Below, in pieces: positions 63,283-64,000 of a stretch of DNA of 64,000 bases. Origin of the DNA: a virus; the IMG/VR virus record IMGVR_UViG_3300045988_159857, positions 51,791 through 115,790 of that record; one strand, 5' to 3'. A model generated the notes under the pieces. The model was not told the DNA's origin. It searched no databases and saw only the letters and a program-made list of their open reading frames with translations. Within the stretch, counting starts at the first letter, position 1; every line of letters begins with the position of its first letter. The translations under genes were made by a program, and so were the position numbers.

Positions 63283-64000
63283 TTATTCGTTAACAGAAAC
63301 TTCGTCATCCTTCAACACTATTGAAATATAAAAATCTTCAACAGCATATACTGGGTGTAAAACTATTTTTACACATAATGTAGCCTTAGGATTACCAAGT
63401 TCTCTCTGTTTATCTAAATCTTTTACTATCTTGTAACCACTTATACCATAACCTGATAACATCGTATCAAGTAACGGGGACATAAGAGCCTTAAATGTTG
63501 TCCACAATACATCATTGTTTTGTTCAAATGTTAACTGTCGAGCTGTCGTATAACATTGTTTCTTAACATCACTTACAAGATTTCTAATATTAAGGAACGA
63601 AGTAGCTGTCAAATTACCGTCTGTAGCATTGTCTTTAAGAGTTCTGTTTCCCCAAATAACATTTCCGTAAGGATTGATATTTGTAATTGGGTTTATAGCT
63701 ACACCATTCCTTGGTTGCATCCTATCAGCAGCTCCATTAGGAATTATAGTTGTCATACCTTCGTCAGCTAAATGTAAAACACTACCTCTTGCAGCTCCTG
63801 CGATAGCTAACCAATTAGCATTAGTTTTAATCGAATCAGCTAATGCGGCTAAATAAGCAAAACTTGCAGGTAATCTAATCTGGTCACTTGTATTTATATC
63901 CCCATCAAAGGTTGTGCGATTATATGTAGCCCAAGGAGTAAACATTGTTCCAAACTCACCGTGTGACTTCCAAGATTCGTCGTCTTGTACCACGGCATAA
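63283..64000 (-). CDS. tail sheath protein, C-terminal part (gene continues past right edge)
   Basis: IAGAARGSVLHLADEG...INPITNINPYGNVIWGNRTL is the sheath C-terminal-domain pattern. The frame is open to the window edge. Confidence 0.75.
   Translation of the reverse strand, partial: YAVVQDDESWKSHGEFGTMFTPWATYNRTTFDGDINTSDQIRLPASFAYLAALADSIKTNANWLAIAGAARGSVLHLADEGMTTIIPNGAADRMQPRNGVAINPITNINPYGNVIWGNRTLKDNATDGNLTATSFLNIRNLVSDVKKQCYTTARQLTFEQNNDVLWTTFKALMSPLLDTMLSGYGISGYKIVKDLDKQRELGNPKATLCVKIVLHPVYAVEDFYISIVLKDDEVSVNE

Noticed and set aside
1-64000. CRISPR arrays, integrase, transposase or IS elements, rRNA genes, lysogeny module, and a DGR reverse transcriptase (because of the Mtd-like fiber motif).
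   Set aside because: I saw no spacer-repeat periodicity, no recombinase or RT motifs, and no rRNA-like GC-rich structured stretches in either strand of the window.

Overview
The window reads as a contiguous piece of a large, AT-rich, virulent contractile-tailed phage genome, probably of a low-GC anaerobic host. Every credible gene is on the minus strand. No integrase, transposase, CRISPR array or rRNA is visible. All calls rest on motif recognition, RBS and start inspection and gene order; no database search was possible.

Gene order along the minus strand (high to low coordinates):
- 64.0-45.8 kb: tail and baseplate module. It holds sheath, tube, a SWIM zinc-finger protein, a chaperone with a frameshift extension, tape measure, hub, spike, CHAP lysin, gp25-like protein, a giant J-like protein and an I-like protein.
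- 45.7-33.3 kb: SNF2 helicase, the queD-queE-folE operon, and replication genes. These are a DnaD-like organizer, DnaC-like loader, DnaB, primase, SSB and a family-A DNA polymerase split into two ORFs.
- 33.0-29.9 kb: second 7-deazaguanine locus with a QueF-like protein, YhhQ, a QueC-like protein, a HAD protein and a DpdA-like transglycosylase.
- 29.9-18.3 kb: beta clamp, RecU-like nuclease, RecA, a second PD-(D/E)xK nuclease, HD hydrolase, DnaX, delta-prime, delta, DNA methyltransferase, and Mre11 and Rad50 homologs.
- 18.3-9.9 kb: unknown genes, an atypical peptide deformylase, two fiber-like proteins and a tandem-OB SSB-like protein.
- 9.8-5.5 kb: class III ribonucleotide reductase (RNR) operon. 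nrdD is split by a homing-endonuclease-like gene and sits with nrdG-like, ferredoxin:thioredoxin reductase (FTR)-like and glutaredoxin-like genes plus two small Cys-rich ORFs.
- 5.5-0 kb: endolysin, tRNA-Gln(UUG), a nucleotidase and a phosphoesterase.

Most notable observations:
- The RNR operon appears to carry its own ferredoxin-type reductant chain.
- A candidate preQ1-I-like riboswitch lies in front of the phage yhhQ.
- An extended -35 promoter motif, TTAGTTGA, recurs 15 times, often fused to terminators.
- nrdD and polA are both split.
- The deformylase has HHxxH in place of HExxH.
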